NCBI GenBank assembly: GCA_963666565.1
Contig: OY762911.1
Span: 2,368,001-2,432,000, forward strand
Direction of reading: 5' to 3'
DNA from: Thermoanaerobaculia bacterium
Lineage (GTDB): Bacteria; Acidobacteriota; Thermoanaerobaculia; Multivoradales; Multivoraceae
DNA: 64,000 bases
Positions 1 to 8,978 of the stretch are shown piece by piece. Under the pieces are notes generated by a model. It was not told where the DNA came from. It saw only the letters and a program-made list of their open reading frames with translations, and did not search any database. Each line of letters starts with the position of its first letter. Within the stretch, counting starts at the first letter, position 1. The translations under genes were made by a program, and so were the position numbers.

Positions 1-1810
1 CTGGAGGACCGCCCGCGCCGGCCAGCGAGCGGCGGGCGCTGGCCAGTCCGCCGCGGGCCGCGGCGTAGCGCTTGCCGAGGATGAGAGCCATCGCCCGGTC
101 CCGGTGCCAGCCGGCGTTGGCCGGGTCGCGGGCGAGGGCGCGGCCGAAGCGGCTGGCGGCCTCCGCGTACCGTTCGTCCCGCGCCAGCAGCCGGCCCAGG
201 AAGGCGTGGGCCTCGGCCAGGTCGGGGTCGAGTTCGATCGCGCGCCGGAGATGCTCGACGGCCTCGCCGCCAGGAGCGCCGCCGCCGGGAGGGCCGTCGC
301 CGCTCGCCCCGCCGCCGGGGGAGGCGTCACTGGTCGGGAAACCTGCGCCGCTCGCCGCGCCGTCGGTCGGGGATCCTGGCGTCAGGTTCGTCTGGGCGAG
401 CACCGCCAGCCGGTAGTGCGCCTCGGCGCGTTCGCCGGGCGCGCCGGGCGCGGCCTCGAGGACCTTGCCGAGGGCGGCGCGGGCCGGCCCGACGGCGCCG
501 GCGGCCTGATGGGCGGCGCCGAGGGCGAGCTGGGCCAGGGGCAGCGCCGCGTCGCTTGCCACGACGTCGCCGAGGAGCGCGACCGCCTCCTCCGGCCGCT
601 CGATCCGCGTGAGGATGTCGGCGTGCCGCACTCTCGCCTCGATGTCCTCGGGGTCGATCTCGGCCGCCCGGCGGAAGTGCCGTTCCGCTCCTTCCAGATC
701 GCCGCGTTCCGCCAGGATGAGCGCGAGGTTGTACTGGGGGTCGCGGTAGTTGTCGTTGATCGCGATGGACTCCCGCAGCCGGGCCTCCGCCTGTTCCTTC
801 TCGTCGAGCTCGATCAGGGCCATCGCGACGTTGAAGATGGTCAGCGGGTCGTCCGGGAGGGCCGCCAGGGCTTCGAGGAACGCCGCCAGCGCGGCCCGCG
901 GATGGCCCTGCCGCATCGCCGCCGTGCCGCGCTTGATGTGGGCCTCGCGGCTCACGTTCAGTCGCTGCAGGTCGGTGAAGAGCGGGTCGGGAAAGGTCAC
1001 GGTGAGCTGTTCGTTCAGCGCGAGTTGGGCGGCGGCGTCCTCGCGGCGGTCCAGGCGGCGAAGCGCTAGGCCGAGGTGGTGGTGCACCACGGATCCCTTC
1101 GGCTGGCCGGCCAGGGCGGCCTGGAAGAGACCCGCCGCCGACTCGTAGTCGCGCCGCTCGAAGGCGACGCGTCCCAGCCCGAGCCGGGCGGCCGACGAGT
1201 AGGCCGGGTCGCTTCCCAGCAGCCGGCGGTAGTCGGCGGCCGCTTCGTCGAGCAGCCCGAGCTCGAGGCGGATGTCGGCCCGGTGGGTCAGGGCGGCGAG
1301 GTCGGCCGGCCTGAGCGCCACGACCCGGTCGAGCGCCGAGACGGCCTCTTCGAGCGCGCCTTCGTACCGGTGGTGGATCGCCAGGTAGTAGGCCCAGCGC
1401 GGGTCGTCCGGCGCGAGCGCCTGGGCGTTGCGGAGCGCGGCCGCCGCGGGGGCCATGAAGTCGTAGAGCAGGTAGAGCTGGCCGAGCTGGCCGAACAGCG
1501 CGGCGAGGCGGGCCGGGTCCGTCCCGGGTTCGGCCAGGGCGCGGTCGAGCGCGCCCTGCGCGGCGGCCATCTGCGTCTGGGCGGCCGTCTCGTAGTGGTC
1601 CATCCGGGGCGGTTCGACCGGTTCCAGGGCGACCTGCGCCTGCGCCGTGACGACCGCCAAAAGAAGCAGCAGGGTTGCAACCGGAGCTGATCGCCTGCCT
1701 GCCTGGAGCCAGCCTGACGGCCGGCGCGCCTTTCTGGCCGCCTTCGGCGGCAGCGGGTCAGAAGACCCGCGCACCGACAGGCGGACAGTTCCTGGCGTCT
1801 CGCAGGTCAT
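1..1810 (-). CDS. Tetratricopeptide-repeat (TPR) protein, probably exported; 3' end runs off the window
   Basis: Not in the ORF track (no stop inside window). Manual translation from ATG 1810 (ATGA overlap with upstream stop 1807-1809) is open to the edge: hydrophobic VATLLLLLAVVTAQAQ, then many TPR-like helices (YNLALILAERGDLEGAERHFRRAAEIDP; EHLRRAIELDPDLAEAHAFLGRLL). Confidence 0.85.
   Translation of the reverse strand, partial: MTCETPGTVRLSVRGSSDPLPPKAARKARRPSGWLQAGRRSAPVATLLLLLAVVTAQAQVALEPVEPPRMDHYETAAQTQMAAAQGALDRALAEPGTDPARLAALFGQLGQLYLLYDFMAPAAAALRNAQALAPDDPRWAYYLAIHHRYEGALEEAVSALDRVVALRPADLAALTHRADIRLELGLLDEAAADYRRLLGSDPAYSSAARLGLGRVAFERRDYESAAGLFQAALAGQPKGSVVHHHLGLALRRLDRREDAAAQLALNEQLTVTFPDPLFTDLQRLNVSREAHIKRGTAAMRQGHPRAALAAFLEALAALPDDPLTIFNVAMALIELDEKEQAEARLRESIAINDNYRDPQYNLALILAERGDLEGAERHFRRAAEIDPEDIEARVRHADILTRIERPEEAVALLGDVVASDAALPLAQLALGAAHQAAGAVGPARAALGKVLEAAPGAPGERAEAHYRLAVLAQTNLTPGSPTDGAASGAGFPTSDASPGGGASGDGPPGGGAPGGEAVEHLRRAIELDPDLAEAHAFLGRLLARDERYAEAASRFGRALARDPANAGWHRDRAMALILGKRYAAARGGLASARRSLAGAGGPP
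1736..1775 (-). repeat. REP-like palindrome family 1 copy, in frame within the TPR gene 5' end
   Basis: Minus strand GGTGCGCGGGTCTTCTGACCCGCTGCCGCCGAAGGCGGCC; two hairpins GCGGGTC/GACCCGC and GCCGCC/GGCGGC. Confidence 0.9.
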
Positions 1811-3693
1811 GGCGCCGGGGGCCGTGCCGGCGCGGGCTGGCCGCTGCCGCGCAGGAGCGTGAAGTAGCGGCCGCGGCCCGGCAGCCGGAACGTCTCCCGC
1901 TCGCCGTCGGGCCAGGCGACGACGACGGCGGGCGGCCCGTCTTCGGCCGGGAACGCGATCCGCGGGTCGTTCGCGGCGGCGTAGGAACCGTCCGTGTGGA
2001 AGCGGCGCCAGCCGCGGACGGCCCCGTCGCCGCTCTTCGCGCCGACCCAGGCGCCGAGGGCGCGCCGCCCGGGCGCCGCCGCGTCTTCGCCGGGCAGCCG
2101 CAGGTCGACGCCGGCCCACTCCTCCGGCGCCGGCTCGCCCTCGTTCAGCAGGATGCGGACCGGCCCGTTGTTGTTCGCGATGACCAGGTCCCGGTCGCCG
2201 TCGTTGTCGAGATCGCCCGCCGCGAGCGCCCGGCTGACCTCGGCGACCGCGGGACTCCCGAACTCGGGAACCTCGGCGAAGCGGCCCTCGCCAAGGCCCC
2301 GGAACAACTGGTTCTTCTGGCGCAGGGGCAGCGGTTCGCCCGCCCGGAACTGCTCGTCGATTCGCTTGACCGCGCCGTTCGCCACCGCGATGTCGAGTTC
2401 GCCGTCCCGGTCGTAGTCGAGTACCGCCGTGCCGAAGCCCGTGTAGAGGAAGCTCGGTCGCCCCAGGCCGCTGGAGCGCGTGGCGTCGTCCCAGAGACCG
2501 TCGCCGAGGTTCACGTAGAGCGTGTTCGTCTCGCGGTGGAGATGGGTCATGAACAGGTCGACCAGTCCGTCGCCGTTCAGGTCCTCCGCCAGCACGCCCA
2601 TGCTCGCCTGGGGCTGGCCCGCGGCATCGACCGCGGCGCCGGCGAGCGCGGCGTCGTCGATGAAGCCGGTGCCGGCCCGGTTCAGCAGCAGCGCGTTGGC
2701 GTGCTGGTCGTTCGCGACGTAGATGTCGAGCAGGCCGTCGCCGTCGAAGTCGGCGGCGACGGTTCCCAGCGTCGGCCGCTTCAGGTCCGCGAGGCCGAGC
2801 CGGGCCGTCCAGTCCTCGAAGACGCCGCCGCCCAGGTTCCTGAGCATCCGGTTCGCCTCCGCCTGGTAGGCCTTCGGGCCGCAGTAGTCGAGCACGCCCT
2901 CCGCCGAGGCGCACTGCTTGTGGATGGCCACGCGAAACTCGACGTAGTTGCCGACGAACAGGTCGAGCAGTCCGTCGCCGTCGAAGTCGAGGAAGCTCGC
3001 GGCGGCGCTCCAGCGGGGATCGGCCGCGTTGCTGCCGGCGCCGATGTCGGTGAAGCGGATGGCGCCGGGTTTCGAGTCGTTGCGCCAGAGCTGGTTCGCG
3101 CCCAGGTTCAGGATGTAGAGGTCCGGGTCGCCGTCGTTGTCGATGTCGCCGGCGGCCGCGCCCATCGCGTAGCCGCGCGCGTCCAGGCCGCTCTCCCCGG
3201 TGACGTCGGTGAAGCGGAACTCGCCGGCATCGAGGTCGTTGCGGAAGAGGCGGTCCCGTACGACCGGCCCCGCGCCGCTCGCGGCGCCCTCGCCAGGCGG
3301 TGCCAGGAGATGTCCCTGCCCGAGATACAGGTCGAGGTCGCCGTCGCCGTCGAAGTCCGCCAGGGCGACGCCGCTGCCCATGTGCTCCGCGAAGTACAGC
3401 GCGCCGGTCATGCCGTTGAAGTGGGTGAAGTCGACGCCGAGTTCCGCCGCGCGGTCGACGAAGACGGGCTGGGAGTCGTCGGCCCGGGCGAGGCCGGCGG
3501 CCCCCGCAAGCGCCGCAGTCGCCGCGGCGGTCGCGAGCGCCAGGGAGCGGGAGATGGCGCCGCTTCCCGCGAGGCGAACCCGGCCGGCCTCGATCCGGTG
3601 CGAACGCGGGTGGGTCGCGGTCCGCAGAGGCTCGGCCACGGAACTCCCCGGCGGGCCGTCTTCGTCGCGCGAAAGCCTGTCGACGAGCGCCAT
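1807..3693 (-). CDS. CRTAC1 family protein (FG-GAP/VCBS repeats, C-terminal ASPIC/UnbV-like)
   Basis: Repeated DFDGDGxxDL / DLDNDGDRDL motifs, signal-like Ala-rich segment, C-terminal GSYAAANDPRIAF. Confidence 0.9.
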   Translation of the reverse strand: MALVDRLSRDEDGPPGSSVAEPLRTATHPRSHRIEAGRVRLAGSGAISRSLALATAAATAALAGAAGLARADDSQPVFVDRAAELGVDFTHFNGMTGALYFAEHMGSGVALADFDGDGDLDLYLGQGHLLAPPGEGAASGAGPVVRDRLFRNDLDAGEFRFTDVTGESGLDARGYAMGAAAGDIDNDGDPDLYILNLGANQLWRNDSKPGAIRFTDIGAGSNAADPRWSAAASFLDFDGDGLLDLFVGNYVEFRVAIHKQCASAEGVLDYCGPKAYQAEANRMLRNLGGGVFEDWTARLGLADLKRPTLGTVAADFDGDGLLDIYVANDQHANALLLNRAGTGFIDDAALAGAAVDAAGQPQASMGVLAEDLNGDGLVDLFMTHLHRETNTLYVNLGDGLWDDATRSSGLGRPSFLYTGFGTAVLDYDRDGELDIAVANGAVKRIDEQFRAGEPLPLRQKNQLFRGLGEGRFAEVPEFGSPAVAEVSRALAAGDLDNDGDRDLVIANNNGPVRILLNEGEPAPEEWAGVDLRLPGEDAAAPGRRALGAWVGAKSGDGAVRGWRRFHTDGSYAAANDPRIAFPAEDGPPAVVVAWPDGERETFRLPGRGRYFTLLRGSGQPAPARPPAP

Positions 3694-3697
3694 GCCG

Positions 3698-5332
3698 CTA
3701 GCCGGTCGAGATCGCGGCGGCGGTCCGCGGCGCCCGATCCGCCGGTCTTCTCCCGTAGCCCAGGTTCCGCAGCACGTCCTCCGTCGAGTGCGCCGGCAGG
3801 ACCTCGCACGAGAGGGTGCCGTCGTCGTCGCGGTCGATCAGGACCTCCGTCGCCTCGGGGAGGACGCAGTGCTTGCTGCCACGCACGCCGCCGAGCATCT
3901 CCTGGTAGGCGCCGACGGAGAAGAACCCGACGTGAAGCGGCTTCTCGGCCAGGTCGGCGGTAGTCGTGTGCGGGAGGAAGAGGGGCACGGCGCTGGCGCG
4001 GGGAGGGTACACGTCGTCCCGGTCGCAGGTGATCCCGCCCAGTCGAACCCGCCGGAAGGGCCGGTCGAGGTGGTTGAGCGGCAGGCAGATGAAGTGCTCG
4101 CCGAGGGCCCATGTGTCCGGGAAGGAGGTCATGATCGAGCCGTTGACGAGATGCCAGGGCAGCCGCGAGCCGTTCTCCTTGACGGCGATGACCCGGAACA
4201 TGTGTGCAGCGTGCTCGGACACGGTGTAGCGCCCGAACTCGCCGATCAGCGCCGGCGGTCGCGTACCGTGGCGGGCGCAGACGGCCAGCGCCTTCCTCAG
4301 CAGGAGGCGGGCGAATCGGTCGTGGTCGAACCCGTCGTCCAGCGTGGTTCGGCCGGGGACTCCGCCGCCGAAGTCGAAGTAGCGGAGGTGGGGATGCCGC
4401 CGGCCGAGCCGGGCGTAGAGGTCGAGTCCGGGTTCGAGAGCCTCGACGAACTCCTCTTCGTCGCAACTCGCGGATCCGAACATCGCGTGCAGGAGGACGA
4501 AGCGCGTGCCGGGCGCCCCGTCGACCTCGGCCGCCAGCCGCTCGACTTCGTCCGCCTCCAGTCCGAAGCGCGAGTCGTCCTCGGCGTCGGCCGCGCGAGC
4601 CGCCACTCCGTCGGGCCGCAACGCCGCGCCGGCCGGCGGACGGCGTTCCGCTGCGCCGGGTCGGGAGGCTGCGCCGGGTCGGGGGGCTGTGCCGGGCGCG
4701 GCGATCTGCCGCGGTCGTCGGAGACGAATGCCGAGTTCGAACTCCCGGCCGCCGCCCGCGAACCCGCTCAGTTCGGCCGCGTCCTCCAGGATCGGGATCG
4801 TCCGCCGGTGCTCGCGCCGCAGCGCCGCCAGGTTCCTCGCGTAGTCGCTGCCCGGCGCCTTGAACCCGTTCGCAAGCACCAGCCGGTCCTCCGGCAACAG
4901 GCCGCGGCGGATCATCCGCCGCGCGATCTCGACGTCGACGTTCGACGACATCTCGTGGTGCGCCCCGGCGGCAAGCGTCGAGCGGACGATCTCCTCGGCC
5001 GTGTTCGCTTTCGAGGCGTAGGCGAAGAGGAACGGAGCGGGGTAGCCGAGAGCGTCCGCCGCGCGGGCGAAACACGCCTCCATCGCCGCCACCTGCTCGC
5101 GGATGTTCGGCAGGAAGGCGACCTCCAGCGGGCTGGGCATCGCCTCCGCCGGCAGGCCGGCGGCGAGAGATCGCCCGGCCTCGAAGAACGCCGCGAGGTC
5201 CAGTCCGTGGGCCCGCAGCCTGCCTCCGGTCGCTTCGAGAAAGTCGTTGAACCGGTAGCTCTTGGGGACCGGTTTCGAGGACTGCCAGCCGATCCTGCAT
5301 GCTACGGAGGGCGGCGCGTGAGTGAAGTCCAT
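3698..5332 (-). CDS. speA: Type III PLP-dependent decarboxylase, arginine decarboxylase-like
   Basis: AYASKAN (PLP lysine), FDFGGG, EFGRYTV, GITCDRDDVY, GAYQEMLGG motifs; substrate is inferred. Confidence 0.7.
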   Translation of the reverse strand: MDFTHAPPSVACRIGWQSSKPVPKSYRFNDFLEATGGRLRAHGLDLAAFFEAGRSLAAGLPAEAMPSPLEVAFLPNIREQVAAMEACFARAADALGYPAPFLFAYASKANTAEEIVRSTLAAGAHHEMSSNVDVEIARRMIRRGLLPEDRLVLANGFKAPGSDYARNLAALRREHRRTIPILEDAAELSGFAGGGREFELGIRLRRPRQIAAPGTAPRPGAASRPGAAERRPPAGAALRPDGVAARAADAEDDSRFGLEADEVERLAAEVDGAPGTRFVLLHAMFGSASCDEEEFVEALEPGLDLYARLGRRHPHLRYFDFGGGVPGRTTLDDGFDHDRFARLLLRKALAVCARHGTRPPALIGEFGRYTVSEHAAHMFRVIAVKENGSRLPWHLVNGSIMTSFPDTWALGEHFICLPLNHLDRPFRRVRLGGITCDRDDVYPPRASAVPLFLPHTTTADLAEKPLHVGFFSVGAYQEMLGGVRGSKHCVLPEATEVLIDRDDDGTLSCEVLPAHSTEDVLRNLGYGRRPADRAPRTAAAISTG

Positions 5333-5390
5333 GAGTCCCTCGGGGCGGGCTGTTCCCGCCCGCTACGGATTGTACCGACAGCCCTGGCCG

Positions 5391-6074
5391 TCAGGAGGCC
5401 GTCAGTGCCGGAGTGTCGACGAGGTCGGGGAGGAAGGGCTCTCGCACGAGGGACTTCCAGAACGCGGGTTCCTCGTCGCAGGCGACGCGAAGCCAACTCT
5501 CGTCGGCCAACGCTTCCGCGAGATCGGACCAGTGGTCGGCCAGGAAGGTAAACGCGTTGGCTCGGGGATGCGACTTGCTGCCCGGCGACGAGACGCCGAA
5601 GTACGGCCCCATGGGCGCGACGCCGAAGGATGACGGCACTGTTTCGGGCCCAACCTCCAGTCGGCTTGCGATCCGCTCTGCTTCCGCCTCATCCGAATCC
5701 TCAAGCGCGGCAAGCAGATCGGCGTAGATGCCATCGGGCTGGTCTTCCGGCTGGGTGGGCGGGAAGCCCAGGAGATTCCGAGGCCGAGCGTAGTGCCGAG
5801 CGAGTGCCGCCCTGTCGGCCCAGCGTTGCCGGCAGGCAACGAAGTCCAGGCTCACGAAGCGGTTGCTTGCGCCGACATCGACGGTCACGAGGCCCCGGTC
5901 ACGGACGAATTTCAGCAGGATTCCCTCCGCCTCGAACACGACGAAGGCGTTGCCGAAGTTCGCTTCGTCGTAGTCGTCTCGGACGATCGTGAGATGCCCC
6001 AACTCAAGGTGGGAGAGCTGCTCGTAGAGCTCTGCCGCGAAGGGGCTCTTGGCCGTCATGGCTTGGTGGGCCAT
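5391..6074 (-). CDS. Hypothetical protein, possible polymorphic-toxin immunity-like protein
   Basis: 227-aa ORF with normal composition and RBS-like GAGG; N-terminal FGNAFVVF...LKFVRDRG motif; directly downstream of toxin-tip-like ORF. Confidence 0.55.
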   Translation of the reverse strand: MAHQAMTAKSPFAAELYEQLSHLELGHLTIVRDDYDEANFGNAFVVFEAEGILLKFVRDRGLVTVDVGASNRFVSLDFVACRQRWADRAALARHYARPRNLLGFPPTQPEDQPDGIYADLLAALEDSDEAEAERIASRLEVGPETVPSSFGVAPMGPYFGVSSPGSKSHPRANAFTFLADHWSDLAEALADESWLRVACDEEPAFWKSLVREPFLPDLVDTPALTAS

Positions 6075-6090
6075 CGGTTTGCCTCGGTTG

Positions 6091-6378
6091 TCAGGGGAGG
6101 AAAGCCGTCAGATCGGGAGCAACCCGTACTCCCCGGCTGAGGAGATACTCTAACTCCCCTTCGAAGAAGCTGTTGCGCCGAGCGTCTTGAGGCCGGTTCG
6201 AGAAGACGATCTGCGACCCGGCCTGGATCACTTGGGTCTCGAGAAACCTCCTGTTCAGCTCCCACCGCTGAACTGCCGAGAGGCGGTTCCAGATGCGCTC
6301 GGGCACGGAGAAGCAGGTGGCGTCCAGTCTTCCGGCCAGGTCGACGTACTCGGGGTGGTGTCCGAGAGCCACGTTCAT
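6091..6378 (-). CDS. Small protein resembling a stand-alone Rhs/polymorphic toxin C-terminal domain
   Basis: From ATG 6378: LGHHPEYVDLA...FSVPERIWNRL...WELNRRFL...IVFS...SFFEGELEYLLSRG; resembles C-terminal tips I recall from Rhs proteins (not verified). Confidence 0.55.
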   Translation of the reverse strand: MNVALGHHPEYVDLAGRLDATCFSVPERIWNRLSAVQRWELNRRFLETQVIQAGSQIVFSNRPQDARRNSFFEGELEYLLSRGVRVAPDLTAFLP

Positions 6379-6421
6379 GAAGCGGGCCTCATGAGCCCTT
6401 TTGGATTCGCGCCGGAGGTGC

Positions 6422-6853
6422 TCACCGCAGCCCCTCGTCCAGCCGGAAAGTGCGAATCGTGCCGGCTTCCACTTCGCGGAAGTGCGGGTGCCGGGGGTTG
6501 ATGACGATGTTCCTGTCGAGCGGATTGACCGCGCTGGGCACGGTGATTGCCAAGCCGCGCTCGAGCGCCTCGCCGCCAAGCCGCGAACAGTCCGTCTCGT
6601 CCGGCGCGACGTCGAGATACTCGATGCGTTCGTCCGGGACGACGAGGTCGACGATCCGGTACTCGGGGCGGTCCACTCCGAACGGCAGGCCGGCCAGGAT
6701 CTCCAGCAGCGCGAGGGAGGAGTTCTCGCTGCAGTAGACGGCGGGTACGCCCGGTGGATTCCAGCGGCCGCCTCTCTCGGCCGCGCCGGCGCCGCTCAGC
6801 ATGACCGCGAGGTCGCGTGCGTACCGGGCCTTGGCCAGGCGCCAGACTCTCAT
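6422..6853 (-). CDS. RES-domain toxin (NAD+-targeting, Xre-RES TA system)
   Basis: MRVWRL..., GAAERGGRWNPPG, VYCSENSSLALLE, VPSAVNP..NIVINPRHP: conserved R, E and S residues. Confidence 0.9.
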   Translation of the reverse strand: MRVWRLAKARYARDLAVMLSGAGAAERGGRWNPPGVPAVYCSENSSLALLEILAGLPFGVDRPEYRIVDLVVPDERIEYLDVAPDETDCSRLGGEALERGLAITVPSAVNPLDRNIVINPRHPHFREVEAGTIRTFRLDEGLR

Positions 6854-6929
6854 CGGCAATCCGCGCCGGGTTGCCGGCGCTCTCCGGCCGTTCCGGCCGG
6901 GCGACGCCGCCGAACGTGGCCAGGGGCTC

Positions 6930-7328
6930 TCACAGCGGAATCCCGTGGGCCAGCCGGTGCAGCACGGTGACGACCTCCTCGGCGCCTTGGTCGGTATCCG
7001 AGCGCTCCAGGGGCGTTTCCCCTTGCAGGGCCGGGTTGGCGTGCTTGAGCCAACGGACGGCGGCGTCGTGACGGTAGTCGTAGAACTCGAGAGCCGCGTT
7101 GTAAACCCTGGCCAGCCGCGCGGCGCGGTCGCTCTCGTGGCGAGTCAGCCGGCCCTGCTTGAACCGGCGGAGCAGCGTCTGGCGCGGGATCCCCACGACC
7201 GCGACGAGCTCAAGGTCCGAGATGGCGAGGCGCTGCTTCAGCTCCAACAGGATGGACGTGGAGGCGCCGCCCCTGATCTGCTCCATGTCGGGAAGGCTCA
7301 GTGGCTGGATTTCGTCTGGGTCGTTCAT
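6930..7328 (-). CDS. Xre/MbcA/ParS-family antitoxin
   Basis: HTH (GIPRQTLLRR), ESDRAARLARV, AVRWLKHANPALQGETPL...GAEEV; upstream of RES toxin; GAGGA RBS before ATG 7328. Confidence 0.9.
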   Translation of the reverse strand: MNDPDEIQPLSLPDMEQIRGGASTSILLELKQRLAISDLELVAVVGIPRQTLLRRFKQGRLTRHESDRAARLARVYNAALEFYDYRHDAAVRWLKHANPALQGETPLERSDTDQGAEEVVTVLHRLAHGIPL

Positions 7329-7420
7329 TCCTCGCTCCCGGGCAGGCGGCGTGCCATTTGGTGCGACGCAATGTACCACATGGAGGGAATGGTGCGGGCG
7401 CCGATCCGCACCTGGTTCCC

Positions 7421-7499
7421 TGGCCGCTTTCGGCGGCAGGCGGGTCAGAAGACCCGCGAACCCAGTGGGACGGATGCGGGTCGGAGGACCCGCGCATCC
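7421..7499 (-). repeat. Two tandem REP-like family 1 copies (degenerate)
   Basis: GCGGGTCAGAAGACCCGCGAACCC and GCGGGTCGGAGGACCCGCGCATCC in the xre/glycerate kinase intergenic region. Confidence 0.85.
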
Positions 7500-7528
7500 G
7501 GTGCCGGCGCGAGCCGTATTCTTGGCGT

Positions 7529-8842
7529 GTGGCGGACACGCTCAGACAGCGGGCGGAGGAGATCTTCCGCGCAGGCGTCGCCGCCGCCGACCCGCAGGCG
7601 GCCACCGCCGCGGCACTCGGCGAGCTCGACCTGCAAGCCGGGCCAGACGGCCGGACGGCGGCGTTCGCGGTGGGGAAGGCGGCGTTCGGCATGGCCGAAG
7701 CCGCCGCCGCGGCGCTCGGCGACCGCCTCCGGGCCGCCGACGCGCTGCTCGTCACGCATGACGAAGCGGTCCGCCTCGGCCGCTTCGAGGCCCTGCGTTC
7801 GGGACATCCGCTGCCGGACGAACGGGGCCTCGCCGCGGCCCGGGAAGTCGAACGGCGGGCCGCCGCGCTGGGCCGCGGCGACCTGGCCCTGGTCCTGATC
7901 TCGGGCGGCGCTTCCGCGCTGCTGCCGGCGCCGGTCCCGGGCATCGCTCTGGCCGACAAACTGGAGACCACCCGCCTGCTTATCCGCGGCGGCGCGACGA
8001 TCCACGAGTTGAACGCGGTGCGCAAGCACCTCTCGACGACCAAGGGCGGCGGGTTGCTGCGGCAGTTGCGCCCGGCGCGCGTCGTGACGCTCGCTCTGTC
8101 GGATGTCATCGACGACGATCCGTCGGCGATCGGCAGCGGTCCGACGGCGCCCGATCCGTCGACCTTCGAGGACGCCCTCGACGTGTTCGCCCGCCGCGGT
8201 GCGCTGGACACGTGCCCGGCGCCGGTGCGGGAACGGCTCGAGGCGGGCGGTCGCGGCGAGCTGGAGGAGACGCCGAAGCCGGGCGACTCCATCTTCGACG
8301 AGGCGGTCTACCGGATCGTCGGCGGCAACCGGACCAGCGTCGGGGCGATGGTCGCGGCCTGCGGCGACGGCGTCGAGGTGGAACCGGCACCGCTCGAAGG
8401 CGAGGCCCGCGACGTCGGCGCCAAGCTGGCGAGGCGGTTCGCCGGCGCGCCTCCGCCGGCCGCCTGGGTCGGCGGAGGCGAGACGACCGTCACGGTGCGC
8501 GGCGCGGGCAAGGGAGGCCGCAACCAGGAACTCGCCCTCGCCTTCGCGCTCGAAGCGGCGAAGGGCCCGCTCGGCGGCCAGCCCGGCTGGGCGTTCCTCG
8601 CCGCCGGCACGGACGGGCGCGACGGCCCCACGGACGCCGCGGGCGGCCTCGTCGACGCCTCGACGGTCGAGCGCATGCGGACCGCCGGCGTCGATCCGGT
8701 CGCCGCGCTCGCGGACAACGACTCCTACCGCGCCCTCGACGCCGCCAGCGCGCTGCTCCGCACGGGCGCGACCGGCACGAACGTTGCAGATATCTTCGTG
8801 TTCCTGTCCAGGACATTCGCGGGCAAGGGTGCGCGGGTCTGA
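7529..8842 (+). CDS. Glycerate 2-kinase / hydroxypyruvate reductase (DUF4147 + MOFRL)
   Basis: GHPLPDE, LISGGASAL, ELNAVRKHLS..KGG, SDV...IGSGPT, GGETTV, GGRNQE, GTDGRDG, TGTNVAD. GTG 7529 is the likely start; stop lies inside a degenerate REP half (8827-8842). Confidence 0.92.
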   Translation: MADTLRQRAEEIFRAGVAAADPQAATAAALGELDLQAGPDGRTAAFAVGKAAFGMAEAAAAALGDRLRAADALLVTHDEAVRLGRFEALRSGHPLPDERGLAAAREVERRAAALGRGDLALVLISGGASALLPAPVPGIALADKLETTRLLIRGGATIHELNAVRKHLSTTKGGGLLRQLRPARVVTLALSDVIDDDPSAIGSGPTAPDPSTFEDALDVFARRGALDTCPAPVRERLEAGGRGELEETPKPGDSIFDEAVYRIVGGNRTSVGAMVAACGDGVEVEPAPLEGEARDVGAKLARRFAGAPPPAAWVGGGETTVTVRGAGKGGRNQELALAFALEAAKGPLGGQPGWAFLAAGTDGRDGPTDAAGGLVDASTVERMRTAGVDPVAALADNDSYRALDAASALLRTGATGTNVADIFVFLSRTFAGKGARV

Positions 8843-8978
8843 GATCCGTCCGCCCGAGGACGGGCGCTCGGACTGTGACGCGACTGGCGCGGGGACGCGC
8901 CTACCGGGTTCCGACCCGCATAGGGTTTCTCGGGCGGCATTCGCCTGTATGGGAGGATTCGGAGTGAAGAGAGAGAGC

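Noticed and set aside
7351-7383. Short palindromes upstream of xre as an operator
   Set aside because: Too short and imperfect to support on sequence alone.
8103-8978. Extra N-terminus on the LRR/metallopeptidase protein
   Set aside because: Off-frame overlap with glycerate kinase; the signal peptide follows ATG 8979.
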